The translations under genes and the position numbers were made by a program. Positions 1-11,348 of a stretch of 64,000 nt of DNA are shown here, piece after piece; the first letter of the stretch is position 1; each line of letters begins with the position of its first letter. The stretch is from Rhodosorus marinus CCMP1338 (Eukaryota; Plantae; Rhodophyta): contig JAMWBK010000005.1 of the NCBI GenBank assembly GCA_029953675.1, forward strand, positions 558,001 to 622,000, given 5' to 3'. The notes under the pieces were generated by a model. The model was not told the DNA's origin and ran no database searches. It was given only the letters and a program-made list of their open reading frames with translations.

Positions 1-1724
1 ACAAAATCTACACCCCCCACCCCCACCCCCACCCCGATAGAAGTCAAATCCCCAAAAAACTGTTGTAAACGAGATTTGATACACCCTCAAGATGAGCATT
101 CGAAATGAATGGAAGTGGACTTTAGTATAATAATTTTGAAGAAAACAAACATACCTACCCTGAAGAAATTTTTTCCTGCTGATTTCCGCAAGGCCGCGAG
201 CGATGAGGAAGAGGCATCGACCAATTTTCGAGTTAATTATTTCTGCTTTTCTATTTCCGTGAGTAAGCCCTCTGCTCGGAGTTGACGCAAGCATTTCCGT
301 CAAGTCCCTCGAGACATGTGGCATAAGATCATTGGTCAAAAAAATGGTTTTTTAAAAAACATTTTGCTTGTTTGCCGCGGAGAAAGAAATACGGTATAAA
401 ATATCATTAGGTATTAAGAAAAACGAAACAAAAAATTTCATGGCTTCGATATTGTACCATCGGATGTGTGCTAACGGCTTGGCGTGCCCTGGTGACTGTT
501 GGATCACTGGGTCACATTGACATGGTCCGTTGTGGGGACCAATACTTGATGTTTGCCCAAGGCTTGGGCAAACGTCTAGGTGTCATCTGGTAGATATTGC
601 TTCCGTACGTAGAATTTTTAGCTCGGCTCGACCCTGTAGCGGTGCTCGCGGTTGGATTCAACTGACCCTAGCGGACAATTCCTGGCTGCAGCATAATCTC
701 CCCGTAGCGTTCGCCACCATACCTTCGCACACAGATGATTGTACAAAGCTGCCGCAGATAAATGACCCAGGGTGTTATGGGTATCCGCGTCGATGTCATT
801 TCCCTCTTCTGGTACGACCGATATTCTTCGTGTTCGGTCCATTTGTTTTGAGTAGACTCCGGTTACAGGGTCAAACTCCATTCCTTCAGTCTCCCAACAT
901 CCCAAAGCATCGCACTATTATTTTCCCGCTTCCTCTATACGCCACGGAGCTGCTGAGGCTCGTATGCGAAGGCACAAGGAGATGCGTACGCGGATGCGTT
1001 GACGAATGCACAGCGGAAACCTAACGCATCGTCTAGTCAAGTTGAGTCATTGCGCTTCTGGACGGTATGGGAGCTGCTTAGCTCAAAGACTGCATCGGAG
1101 AGCGCCACTCTGCATGCTACGGTCATTACACGGCTCTGAGCTTTATGCTCTGGCTCATGAACGCCGGCTTGTTGCTTGAAGCGCGTCCTCGGTTGTTCAG
1201 TATTCTCAGGGGAATCCGTCTCTGATAAATGCACTTATCTTGGATTATCCACTCTGGAACGTGTTCCACTAGCCGCTCCGACGACATTAGGTCTACCTTC
1301 GGAAGTCGCGATAATGCATCATCCACGACGTTAATCCTCTTACCGGGACAACCAGCTATTGCGTTACCAGCCAAACTGCTGTATTCCAAAAGCTGAAAAT
1401 CGATAGTATCAGTCAATATCGTTCAGTCATTATGTTTAATTTTGTCCCAGTGTCCCATTGTCCCATTTATGAGAACAGTTAAGTTACCGACGTTGTTAAC
1501 CGGTCGACGGGAAAGAGGATGAGAAAAGGTTCCAGTGCGCGAATGGATTATGTTCCATTTCTGAAGGGGCGGTAAGCTTGTTTTAAGCGTTTTAGAACTA
1601 GCAAAGAATGGAAATTTGAAAAGGAAGTGCCTTGAAGTGGTGGTGGCTGAGAGAAGTGTTCGTTCGTGCTGACGAGCGAGCGCGGGGGGTTTACTGTTCT
1701 TGTTTTGTTTTTGTTCTTCTGGAT

Positions 1725-4700
1725 ATGGCTGTGACGAGGAGGAGGAGGGGGTCTGCTGTTCAGGACGTGGAAAAGCCTGAGGAATCTGGGACTGGTGAGG
1801 ATGAAGAGCTGAGTGAGGTAGAGGAGTCTGTGGAGGATGGGGAGGAGTCGACACTGAAGCCTCGGATTATGGATGAGATGAGCGAAGGGCACGCCGTTGC
1901 GGAAGAGAAGGTCTTGATAGGTGCAGTGTCTGGGGAACATGAAAGCGATGAATACGAGGAGGATTCGGAGTTGGACGACCTCAATAGCAACTCAGACGAC
2001 GAGGACTTTGATCCGGAGGCGCTCGAGAGGATTCAAAATGCTGCTGTTTCAGGCGTACAGAAGAAGCGAAGGAGGGCTGTCGAGGCCCTCGATGTGAGCT
2101 CAAAGGAGGACCCCTTAATGGTCGGATCAGGAAAGAAAAGGGCCACAGTATCTGCGCTTTTAGATGCGTTGGAGGGGAGCGAAGACCTAGGAGGTAGTGT
2201 TGAGAGGGAGCTGAGGAAGTTGAGCGATGGGGGGGTCCTCGAACCAAACCTTGACAAGATCCAATCGCAGCGAATTGAGCGGGATGTAGCTTATGGGAGA
2301 ACAACAGACGTTGTAAGTAGACCTTGTAGTCGAGGGGCGGTCAAACGTACGTGTGGAGAGCTATTAATGACACGGTTTTGATACAATGCGCACAGGTTTC
2401 CAAATGGCAATCGCTTGTCAAGAAAAATCGGGAAGCGAAGCACTTGAAGTTCCCGATGAACGCTCCACCCCGTCAAACCCCATCAACGGCACAGCTGGCG
2501 ACTTCTTACAAGGCCCAGAATGAGACAGAGTTGGAGATTGATAGAATCCTTAAGGAGAGCGGCATGCTCGACGACAAGAAAGCTGCCGCAAGCGAGGACC
2601 TGGAAATGAAAGAGCTCACTAAGGAGGAGGTATGTATCCAACCAAAAGACCAAGTCTAGTATCTGAGAGTGGTTCCTGACCAGCGGGGCTCCTCAACTCA
2701 AACACGAATCTTGGTTGTGGAATCAAAAGGTCGCGGCGCGTAGAGGAGAGCTCCGGAAAATGAAAGCCCTAATGTTTTATTACGAGAAGAAAATGAAGCG
2801 CATCAAGAAAATTAAGAGCAAAGGCTATAGACGAGCACATAAGAAGGAGCGGATGAAGCAAGAAGAACAAGCTGAGAAGCACCGAGCAGAAAATGATGAT
2901 GGTAAGGTGTTGATGCTTAGCGATCAGTATCCAAGCGGAGCTGAGACGAGATTTGAAAGCCGAGTTGGTTTTAGTAGCACAGGAGGATTGCGGGTTTTCT
3001 CCATGATTGATGAAAAACCTGTACTTAAAAATCCCTACCAACTCCTCGTGCTCTTGTTTCCAACGTTTTTACCTGCTCAGATTATGCTACTGAGCGAGCG
3101 ATTGAACAGGAGAGAGAGAGGGCCGAGGAAAGAATGTCTCTTCGTCATAAGAACACGTCAAAGTAAGTTGGTGCTGAACTCGGTCGTTCCATTGCATTAG
3201 TTCGCTCAGCGAACTACGCGTTTTTGACTCCTTGCTTTCGACTAGGTGGATCAAACGCCAAATCATCAGAGGCACTGGAAAGTTCGATCCTGGCTCACGG
3301 CAGGCGATTGCCGAACAGCTCGATGTGGGAGAAAAGCTGAAGAAGAAGCAGAGGCAGAGTTCGATCCTAGAAAGAGGTGGTGAAGAAGAAGATGCTGACT
3401 CTGGTGAAGACGTAGGGATGGAGGAGACCCGAGAGCAGCTTGAGAAGGAGGCTAAGGAAGTGGAGAAGGGCCCATTGGGCGCTGCCAAGAGCAGCTTGTT
3501 CTCTATGAAGTATGTCATTTTGTCGTTCTTTAATACCCGACGCTGTAGTCGCGAATGTGGGTGTTGATACCTGCGTTTCTGGATCTTCAGGTTCATGCAG
3601 AAGGCCATGGAGAAGAGGAAAGACGAGGCACGTGAGCTACTGGGGGAAGTTGATGGAGAGGATCAGGGACAAAGCAAGCCCGTAGTTACAGGAAGAGTGA
3701 AGTTCTCTGAGAAGCAGCCAGACAAGAAGGAGGGGTACGCCCGTGCTTCTGACGACGAAGAAGAAGATGTGGAGGAGAACCTCCGTGCGCGAGTGGACGA
3801 TATGAAATCAACTGAAGAGGCGAATGTTAACGTGGAAGGTATTTTTGCAAGGCAGGACGGCAAGTCCGCGGTTTATGAAATCAAACTCCAACTTTCATTG
3901 TGTTTTTAGAATCCAGCCAGGTTGACATTGTGTCAGCCGGAGCGCAAAGTCGGAAAGGAGTTCAGACTAGACTCTCAGGTCGCTTAAACGTTGAAACAAA
4001 GCAGATGACCACCTCCGACCTCGAGGTGGAGAACACGGATAGGGTGAAGACCAGCCTCATACAGGTACTTTCCAATCTTGCTCAGTCGAAAGCGTCGCTG
4101 ACTTTTCCACCACATCCCCAGGTCGGAAACTCGAACGCTCAGGAGCTGAAGCCGAAAAAGAAGAATCCTTGGTTGACTCTTGATGAACCCCTGGAGCAGG
4201 TGCTCGGCAACAAGCACAGGAACGCTGACGCTATTGAAGCGAGTCAAAAAATTCAGAGCTCGGTTGTGACCGCTTCCGAGCGAGAACGCGCAGCAAATAC
4301 CGCCAAGGAAACGGCAAAGCGGAAAGGCATGGAACTAGTGAAAATGGCCTTTGCCGGGGCAGGCGCGGAGGTAGAAGAATTCAAGAAGGACAAAGAGGCT
4401 GAGGTACGTTGATGAGTTACGGAATGGCCGTGAGTGCGTGCGCTTCACTTACCATGAATTAGCGAATTTCTTTGCCAACAGATCAGCAGCCAGCTGCCGA
4501 AACCTGAAGACACTGTGGCGGTCGTGCTTCCGGGGTGGGGTAGTTGGGAAGGGAAAGGCGTGCGCCATTCCAAGGGGAAGCAGAAGTTCGCCAAGCAGGC
4601 GATGGTAACGTACGAGAAGGCAAAGGAAGACATCATTAAGAAACGCAAGGATACTGTAAGCAAGGCCTGCACTCGGAAGTACGTATCATGTAGATTCTGA

Positions 4701-5011
4701 AAGTGCTCCTCCTCCGCTACTGTTATTATACATAGGCACCAAAACTCGAGCACGTTATCTTGACAGAGAAGCGCCTAAAGCGTGCGTCGGATTTGGTTGT
4801 TCCTACAGTCCCGTTTCCCTTCAAGTCCGCGAAACAGTATGAAGCGTCGCTCTCCATTCCTCTGGGACGAGATTGGATCGCTCCCGGTGCCCATAGGGCT
4901 GCTGTTCAGCCTCCGACTGAGACAAGACAGGGGATGATGATTGACCCGATCAAGTTTGGAGGAAAGAAAGGGAAGATTCGGGATGCCAAGCGGAAACCTT
5001 TAGGAATCTAA
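1725..5011 (+). CDS. UTP14: U3 snoRNA-associated protein 14 (SSU processome), multi-exon
   Basis: Splicing intron 2313-2395 gives RTTDV|VSKWQSLVKKNREAKHLKFPMN. Also RIKKIKSKGYRR, LPGWGSW and the C-terminal VPFPFKSAKQYEASLSIPLGRDW...MIDPI, all characteristic Utp14 motifs. ATG at 1725 is in frame with ORF 1632-2381. Confidence 0.95.
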
Positions 5012-5155
5012 CTGCGTCATAACTTAATAATCAAAAACCTACAAAACTCTAAATAGGTTTGTTTTTCCCGCGTTGATCCGGAGTCGCTTTTCATAGGCAT
5101 TGAACATTCATTTGCATTCTGGTAGATCCAGAGCTAGTTCACAGGCGAGCCCTAG

Positions 5156-6059
5156 CTATGGTAGATCTCTTAGCCTGCGAAGCTCGACTCCAATAGACTT
5201 AAAGTTTCCATCGAGAGCAACGCAGGGCTTGGCAACTCGTACAACCACCTCCTCAGGCTTCTCGTGACTAGTAGGGTTTGAGTTGGTGTGCTGTCAGATC
5301 CCCTAACAAAAAAGGTTCAATGCCAGGAGAACTGTTTAACTGAGATCCAGCGTACTCTGATAGGATTTCATCCGCAATCTGTCCAGCTACTGCCTCCACC
5401 GTATTCTTCGGCTTACCGCGGACGATTCTCTGTGATGAAACGAAAAAATACCAAGTGTTGGGGAACTCGGAAGGACGATACATGTGCTCTCCACGAGCGA
5501 TGGATGTCAAAGAATCCGCTGGTTTACCTGTATAGTAGCAAAGACTTTGGCATAGTCTACTGTATCCTCAACCGAATCGGACCTCGCGGCAGCTGTGAGG
5601 TTCAAGCGCTACGTATTTAGGAGAGAAATCCGATTCAGTTGAAAGGGAAGCGGAGGAAGATGCATACGACAATTTCATTTTGCTTCCAATTAGCTGTGCT
5701 GCTTACGATCTTAACATCTACTACAAACTTCTGGCCAAGTCCTAACATAGAAATCACGCACCAGTTCCTTTGCGTGAGAGTTGGACAGGTTGCTCCATCG
5801 TCCACGAGAAAAAAGGTTCTCTGTGTATAGACGCCTCTCGCTACTATTTTGGGATCGCTTACGTTTCTCCTCCTCGAACACGCCATGTCTTCCGAACGTC
5901 GTAGCGCCTTCGATAAAAATCCTGCGCTGCGAGAAAGTTCAGTCGAGCTCTTCAGATCGTTTCAAGAATTTCGCCTTAGAGACGCGCAAGAGAAACAAGT
6001 TACCAGTCAGAGGCAGCTCTTCGAGTAGACAGTAGCCTACTAAAACTTCTGCTCGTCAT
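5156..6059 (-). CDS. folB: Dihydroneopterin aldolase (FolB family), about 6 short exons, with an Arg/Ser-rich N-terminal extension
   Basis: Manual splicing on the minus strand gives MTSRSFSRLLSTRRAASDWIFIEGATTFGRHGVFEEEK / LGQKFVVDVKI / LNLTAAARSDSVEDTVDYAKVFATIQ / IVRGKPKNTVEAVAGQIADEILSEY / EVVVRVAKPCVALDGNFKSIGVELRRLRDLP*. These match the FolB motifs (GxHGV, GQxFxxD, SDxxxDTxxY, KP...GVE) in order. Confidence 0.9.
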
Positions 6060-6424
6060 TGCCAAGTGAGAGTTATGAGGTGGATGATGCAAACCATCCT
6101 CAAGATTCCTATCGCGAGACGTATTTCAACACTTGGTATCCACCTCGAGCGACGTCTTCTTGAGCGTCGCTCGAGGTTAAAAACAAAATCGGGAGCCTTA
6201 CTGTTTCTGTTCAGCGTTTCCGTGGAAGAGTGAAGCCCAAGAGAATCTGGAGAGCTTCTGCTGAACTGTGAGCTGGAGTCTCACGGGTTTTCAATCTTTC
6301 ATGGATGGAGTCGTTTCCGATTGGAAATGAGAATGCCAAAGTTGGTTTATATTTCAGGCTCTGTTTATTTTATTAGTGTGGAGTCTGTTATACAAGGGGA
6401 AACCTTCTATTTTCGTTGATGCGG

Positions 6425-6904
6425 TCATGAATCCTTCTTCTGCTGACTGTTGCTGGAGCCCTGAGATGCCGTGTTTTGGGTTGGAATGCTGCGAAGCAAG
6501 GCAGGAATCAAGTCGATCATTTCCGAGGTTGCTGCTCTGTTCGTCTCTTTGATACTGTCTCGGATCAATTCCGAGTTGCCAAGTCCAAGGATCTCCGCTT
6601 GTTCAATGTAGTATCTCGCCTGACTCACCCGACCGGCGGACGTATGAAAGCGGATGACAATCGAGAAGCTTTCTGCGTTCGGCTTTGGCCCAAACCATTG
6701 CATGTCGCCAATGAGCTCGTCAATACTTGATGGATTAATCCTCGATGTGCTGACATATCCAAGCGCAGCGTTCCATACCCGGATGTCCCTTTCCAGCCCG
6801 GCGTCCACGAGCGACTGGAAAACACCCAATACCTGACCCTTCAGCCCGATCTTCTGTAGAGTACGGAACGCGCTTAGCGCAACCTGTGCCGTCGGCCTTT
6901 TCAT
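6425..6904 (-). CDS. PPR-like helical repeat protein (3' exon; 5' exons probably extend towards ~7300)
   Basis: ERDIRVWNAALGYV and PKPNAESFSIVIRFHTSAGRVSQA resemble PPR motifs. Likely acceptor GCACAG| just before VALSAF; 5' structure unresolved. Confidence 0.55.
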   Translation of the reverse strand: MKRPTAQVALSAFRTLQKIGLKGQVLGVFQSLVDAGLERDIRVWNAALGYVSTSRINPSSIDELIGDMQWFGPKPNAESFSIVIRFHTSAGRVSQARYYIEQAEILGLGNSELIRDSIKETNRAATSEMIDLIPALLRSIPTQNTASQGSSNSQQKKDS

Positions 6905-7559
6905 TTTAACTTCCCAAATTCGAATGCATTATTGTCCTCAGTGACCAGGCTCACGATACAGAGTACAGGTCCAGCACGAAAGAAAACTTGGCCAAGTCCA
7001 CTAAATACTCCAGTGCCAGAACAATTCACCGACGATAAAGGTCCTTCAAACCAACAGCAAAGCCGAGCTCAAACCTTCCTCCGCGTGCTCACAAGAGGCG
7101 ATTCTCCACCCTTCACGTCTGCAGATTCCCACAGCACCGCCGCTCAGTTCTCGCAGACGCTTCCGAGACAAGCAGGTTCAGGAAAAAACACAAAAACGAT
7201 AGTTCTCAACTCTCTTTCCAGTTTAGACTCTTTCATAAACCCATTAGATTGTCTTAAAACGAACCACTAGAGAATGGGTTTCCTCCAGACCATTGTCAAC
7301 CCCCGCACTCTGCTCATTCCTTCTCGTTTCCTCTTCCTCGCTTCGAACCTCGTCAACAAGCGCGTTCTAAACAGTACATAATATAGTACTATTATTGTAC
7401 TACACCCACATATATATTTATAAAAAACATGCTTTGTGAAAACGGCTTAAATTTTCGAGAAAAAAAGCTCAAAATTTCTTTTACAATTCTCTATGGAGAC
7501 TTTGTGTTGTGGGAAACGGCGTCTTTCTCGGTTTGGCGAAGGAGCCGAAAGGCGTAACC

Positions 7560-8390
7560 GTTGCTTATGAAAGAGCTTGATGTAGAGTAAAAGTACTATG
7601 AAACTTTGAAAGACTTGCGGGACTGTGTTTTCCGTGTAGTATCCCTTATAAAAACAATCCATGAATGATGGAGAATTCAGAGAGTGAGCGGTAGTTGGAA
7701 TGCCACACCGGTTTTGTCTGTTAGAAGTGAAGAAGGTGTGTAGACCAGCACGAGTTTTGGTCTTCTAAAGAGCTTGATGTAGACGGAAGCGTTTGTCTCA
7801 TTACAAATAGCGAAGAATTTTGTATATGAAAGCCCGAACTTTCTTCAACCGCTCCCCGCAGCAAGCGAGGATTCTTGTCTTCGGATCTGTTCTCAGGAGA
7901 CGAAGAAGGCGGAACGCGGATCTGTTCCTTCAAGAAAGAGGTTTGATGTAGAGTAGAAGGAACTGGGAAGTACCAAACATTTTCATATAAACTAGAGAAC
8001 AAACACCATGTGCGTTGGTCAAACTGCTTGAACAGAGAAAGAGAAACGCATCCTCCCCATTCTCAAAAAGCTCTATTTTTCTTCAATAATTCACGGTTTT
8101 AGACGTTGCTGTGGAAACGCGCGTTTTGGCTTTAAAAGTGACGAAGAAGACGGGAGTGGTCGGAGTTGCTTTTGAAGAGCTTCATGTAGCGCAGAATTAG
8201 GGGTTTTCTTTCTCTGAAATGGGATTTTTTTACATATATTAACCGCCGTCTCCATCTAAGAGCTCAAAATCTCTTCGACAAGTCAAGTTTTGAGACCAGG
8301 CGGAAGACGGGTTCGGTGTTGGGTTTTTGAGGTGGCGCAGAGGACGGAAGGTGGAAGCATTGCTTTTCAAGAGCTTAATCTAGTGTAGAA
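7560..8390. repeat. Degenerate tandem array, five copies of a TTGCTTTTxAAGAGCTTGATGTAG-like core, ~170-240 bp spacing
   Basis: AAGAGCTTGATGTAG or close variants start at 7571, 7768, 7936, 8175 and 8369. Confidence 0.7.
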
Positions 8391-8719
8391 AAGGAAACAA
8401 ATGTGTGTATGAGAAAGGCTTACAATCGATTAGCCAGGTTTTTGGGTCTGTGCAGACCATAGGACTTACCTCAGCTTTTTGGGAGGAGACGGAGTTAACC
8501 GTTCCCCGTATTTTGAAGGATACCAGAGGTTTTCGTTTTGACCCCACTTTGTGGGTTGCTCCCATCTCTTCTGGAGGAGTGCCGTTGTGGTACTTTGGCC
8601 AAGCTGGTTGAATTGGGCTGGTCGTTCTTCGATGGACGTTTATGAATACGTTTGAGCAGGCTAATTCCAGTTGTCCGTTGCTTAGCCTTTTTTGCAGGTG
8701 CAGCTAGGTTTCATATAGC

Positions 8720-11069
8720 ATGGTTCGACCTAGTTTTAGGCCCCGGCCTATTGATCTGAACAAACCATTGCCGATTGTTAAGACGACCAAGGATCTGAAA
8801 CACGATGAAGACAATGTTGCCGTTGCCAGGGCACTGCCCGCAATGGCTACTGGCGTTGATCCTACTGAGGAAGAGGTTTGTATTGCGTTTCGTCCCTGTA
8901 TGACCGGGACAAGGCTAAGGCTCATTTGAAATTTTTTTGCGTGTGTATCCTGGTGCTGAATCCCTCCACAGGAAAGACATTTGCAACAGGCTTTGGTTGC
9001 CTCAATCTATGGCGAGGATAAGAAAAAGGGCCTGAGCGAAATTCCCATCCCCGTTGTCAAGCAGAGAAACTATGACACCTCCGGGATGCCAAAGTTTTCC
9101 CTGCCGCAGGAGTACATCAATTTCAGTAAGACGAGCTCCAACCACGCATGTACACGGACACGCCCAACCTAACGCCATGATTTCTGCTGGCAGGTAAGAA
9201 TGACGAAGAACTAGACTCTGTGACAGTAGAATACGAGGTAGACCCTATCGACGAAAAATTTATCCGAAACGTGAAGGCGCAGAAGAATCTTGATGTAACC
9301 GCTGATGAGCTAGAGGTTGCAATGGACAGGCTCGAGAAGATGCAGGGTCGTCCGGTGAGCTTCTCCCTCCCTCCGCAAGTTGTATCGGCGCTGCGTTCTG
9401 ACTCTACTGCTTACTTGCTCTGGGATAGGCCGAAATCATTCCGTACTCAGTGATGAAGGGCGTTTTGACGGATGCTTTGCCTCCTTCAACCCCAGATATG
9501 CTGAAGAAGAACATTTATGTTCATTGGGTGGACCGACGTACGCTGGAGAGAGGAGGAAAACCGTTTCTGCGATTTCTGCAGCCTCCGCCCGACCTTAACG
9601 ATCAGAATCCCGCAGTCGCTTTTCGTCAACGGGATGATTTCCCCTTCAGTTCTGGTCGTTCGAGACAATACCGCCAGAACACATACGACAATTACAAACG
9701 ACTTGTTGCCCTCAGGTTAGCCTTCATACCAAATGCTCGCTCCACTCAGTTCAAGACGCCGAGCTCACTTCAGATTTGGCTTAATACTGTCGCTCCAAAT
9801 GTAGGGCCGACTTCAACAGCTTGCGGAAGATCGTGGAGAAGGTTTACAGTCGCGAGATTTTGAAGAGGGAGCTCGTTGAGAACAGGCTCGAGATGAAGAG
9901 AATGACTATCGCTAGACAGTTGTTGCCTGAGAATCTGATTGCCGCGGAGACGGCTCGGAGAAAGCAGGCGGCCGCTAACGGAGAGAAAGCGTTCAATTCT
10001 GCTGCAGTTTTATCGAAAAAGAATGTACGGGCGTACGACGCGTCCAAGGAGGCCATTGCAGCTCCTGTGAAGAAGAAGAAGAGACAAGTTTCTACTAAAG
10101 GAGCAGGGATGGAGAGAATCCAAAGTAAGCGATGTCCAATTGTTCTCACATTTACCACGGCTTTCAATTCACCATGAGTAACATCAGCACCCAAGCCACT
10201 TGAGGCGACCGGCTAAACCTGAAACTCCTTCTTTCAAAACTATTAAGTGGATTCGCTGTTCATGGCGAAGGGAAACTCTCAGCCGGGGTTGGACCAGTAC
10301 TCCTTCGACGAGAAGGGCAGGGCATTTCTCAGACAGATGCGCTATATCTCCGGACACTTTGCTGCTCACGGAGTCAGCCCTTTTGATCACCGTGTATTTT
10401 CTGCCGCTGCCGAGCGTGTTCAGCTGAAGGACTCCCAAAAAGAATCATCGATCATCGATTTTCCTGGTCAGGTAACCGCTAGTCCACAATATCCCCAGTT
10501 CAGTTTCACCACAGTTTCGAGCTTGGCCTGATGCTTTGCCTATGTCTCACCGCTCTCAGCTAAAGTTTGTTGGAGGAGTTGACAAGCTTCAACTTCGCGC
10601 TGTGCCGAGGGCCGGGCGACTGGGAAGGGTATTTTTTGATCCTGTTCCTCCTGAGAGGCCTGGTGCCATAACTTACTCTGCAAGCGTAGCACGAGGCGGG
10701 GCCTACTCGGCGTCTCTTCCTTATGAACTACACCCGGAGGTGATCGCCAACGGTTTAAAAACGAGCAAGTTTGTATAGAGTCGAATTCTGAAATTTTTTT
10801 CATTCGTCGACGATGAACAGCTCCTTCATCAAATAGGTTCGCGGGACAAAGTAACATCAACCTTCAAGCCGCTTGAGCCGATCGGCTACGTTGGTGGAAC
10901 CGGCAACCAGAATGCGGCAAAGCCAAAGGCTGGAAACGCTGAGGTGCCACCGATGGCTGTTTCCAAACCCACCAAAGAGCCCAGTTCGAGCGTCGATAGC
11001 TCGGGTTCTAGAGGTTCCCTACCGTTCTATGTCCCTCCGCGAAAATCGATTATTCTCGGCTTTGAGTAG
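8720..11069 (+). CDS. EPL1: Enhancer of polycomb-like protein (NuA4/TIP60 subunit), multi-exon
   Basis: MVRPSFRPRPIDLNKPLPIV start, EYEVDPIDEKFI, EVAMDRLEK and IYVHWVDRR...LQPPPDLNDQNPAVAFRQR are EPL1/EPC motifs. A last exon 10837-11069 (SRDKVTSTFKPLEPIGYVGG...ILGFE*) was added by manual splicing. Confidence 0.9.
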
Positions 11070-11348
11070 CTTTGCAAGGAATCCAGCAGAGCATTATTTA
11101 AGAAATTGAAGGCAAGAATCTGCAACATCTCGAGAGCGACCCCGTTCGGCCTCACCCCTACGTGGACACCAGGGCAGTTCTGACGTAGGCGCTGAGGTCT
11201 GGTTGGCCATTCTTCGCTGAACTAGTAAACTGAAACGACCGCTCTAAAGCAGAGTGAAAATTAACAAGTTTTCTGATCCATGGAGCTTCTAAACCAACTC
11301 ATTATACATTTCATAAGCTCCCGTCGTTGGAGATCAGGTACAGTTTTT

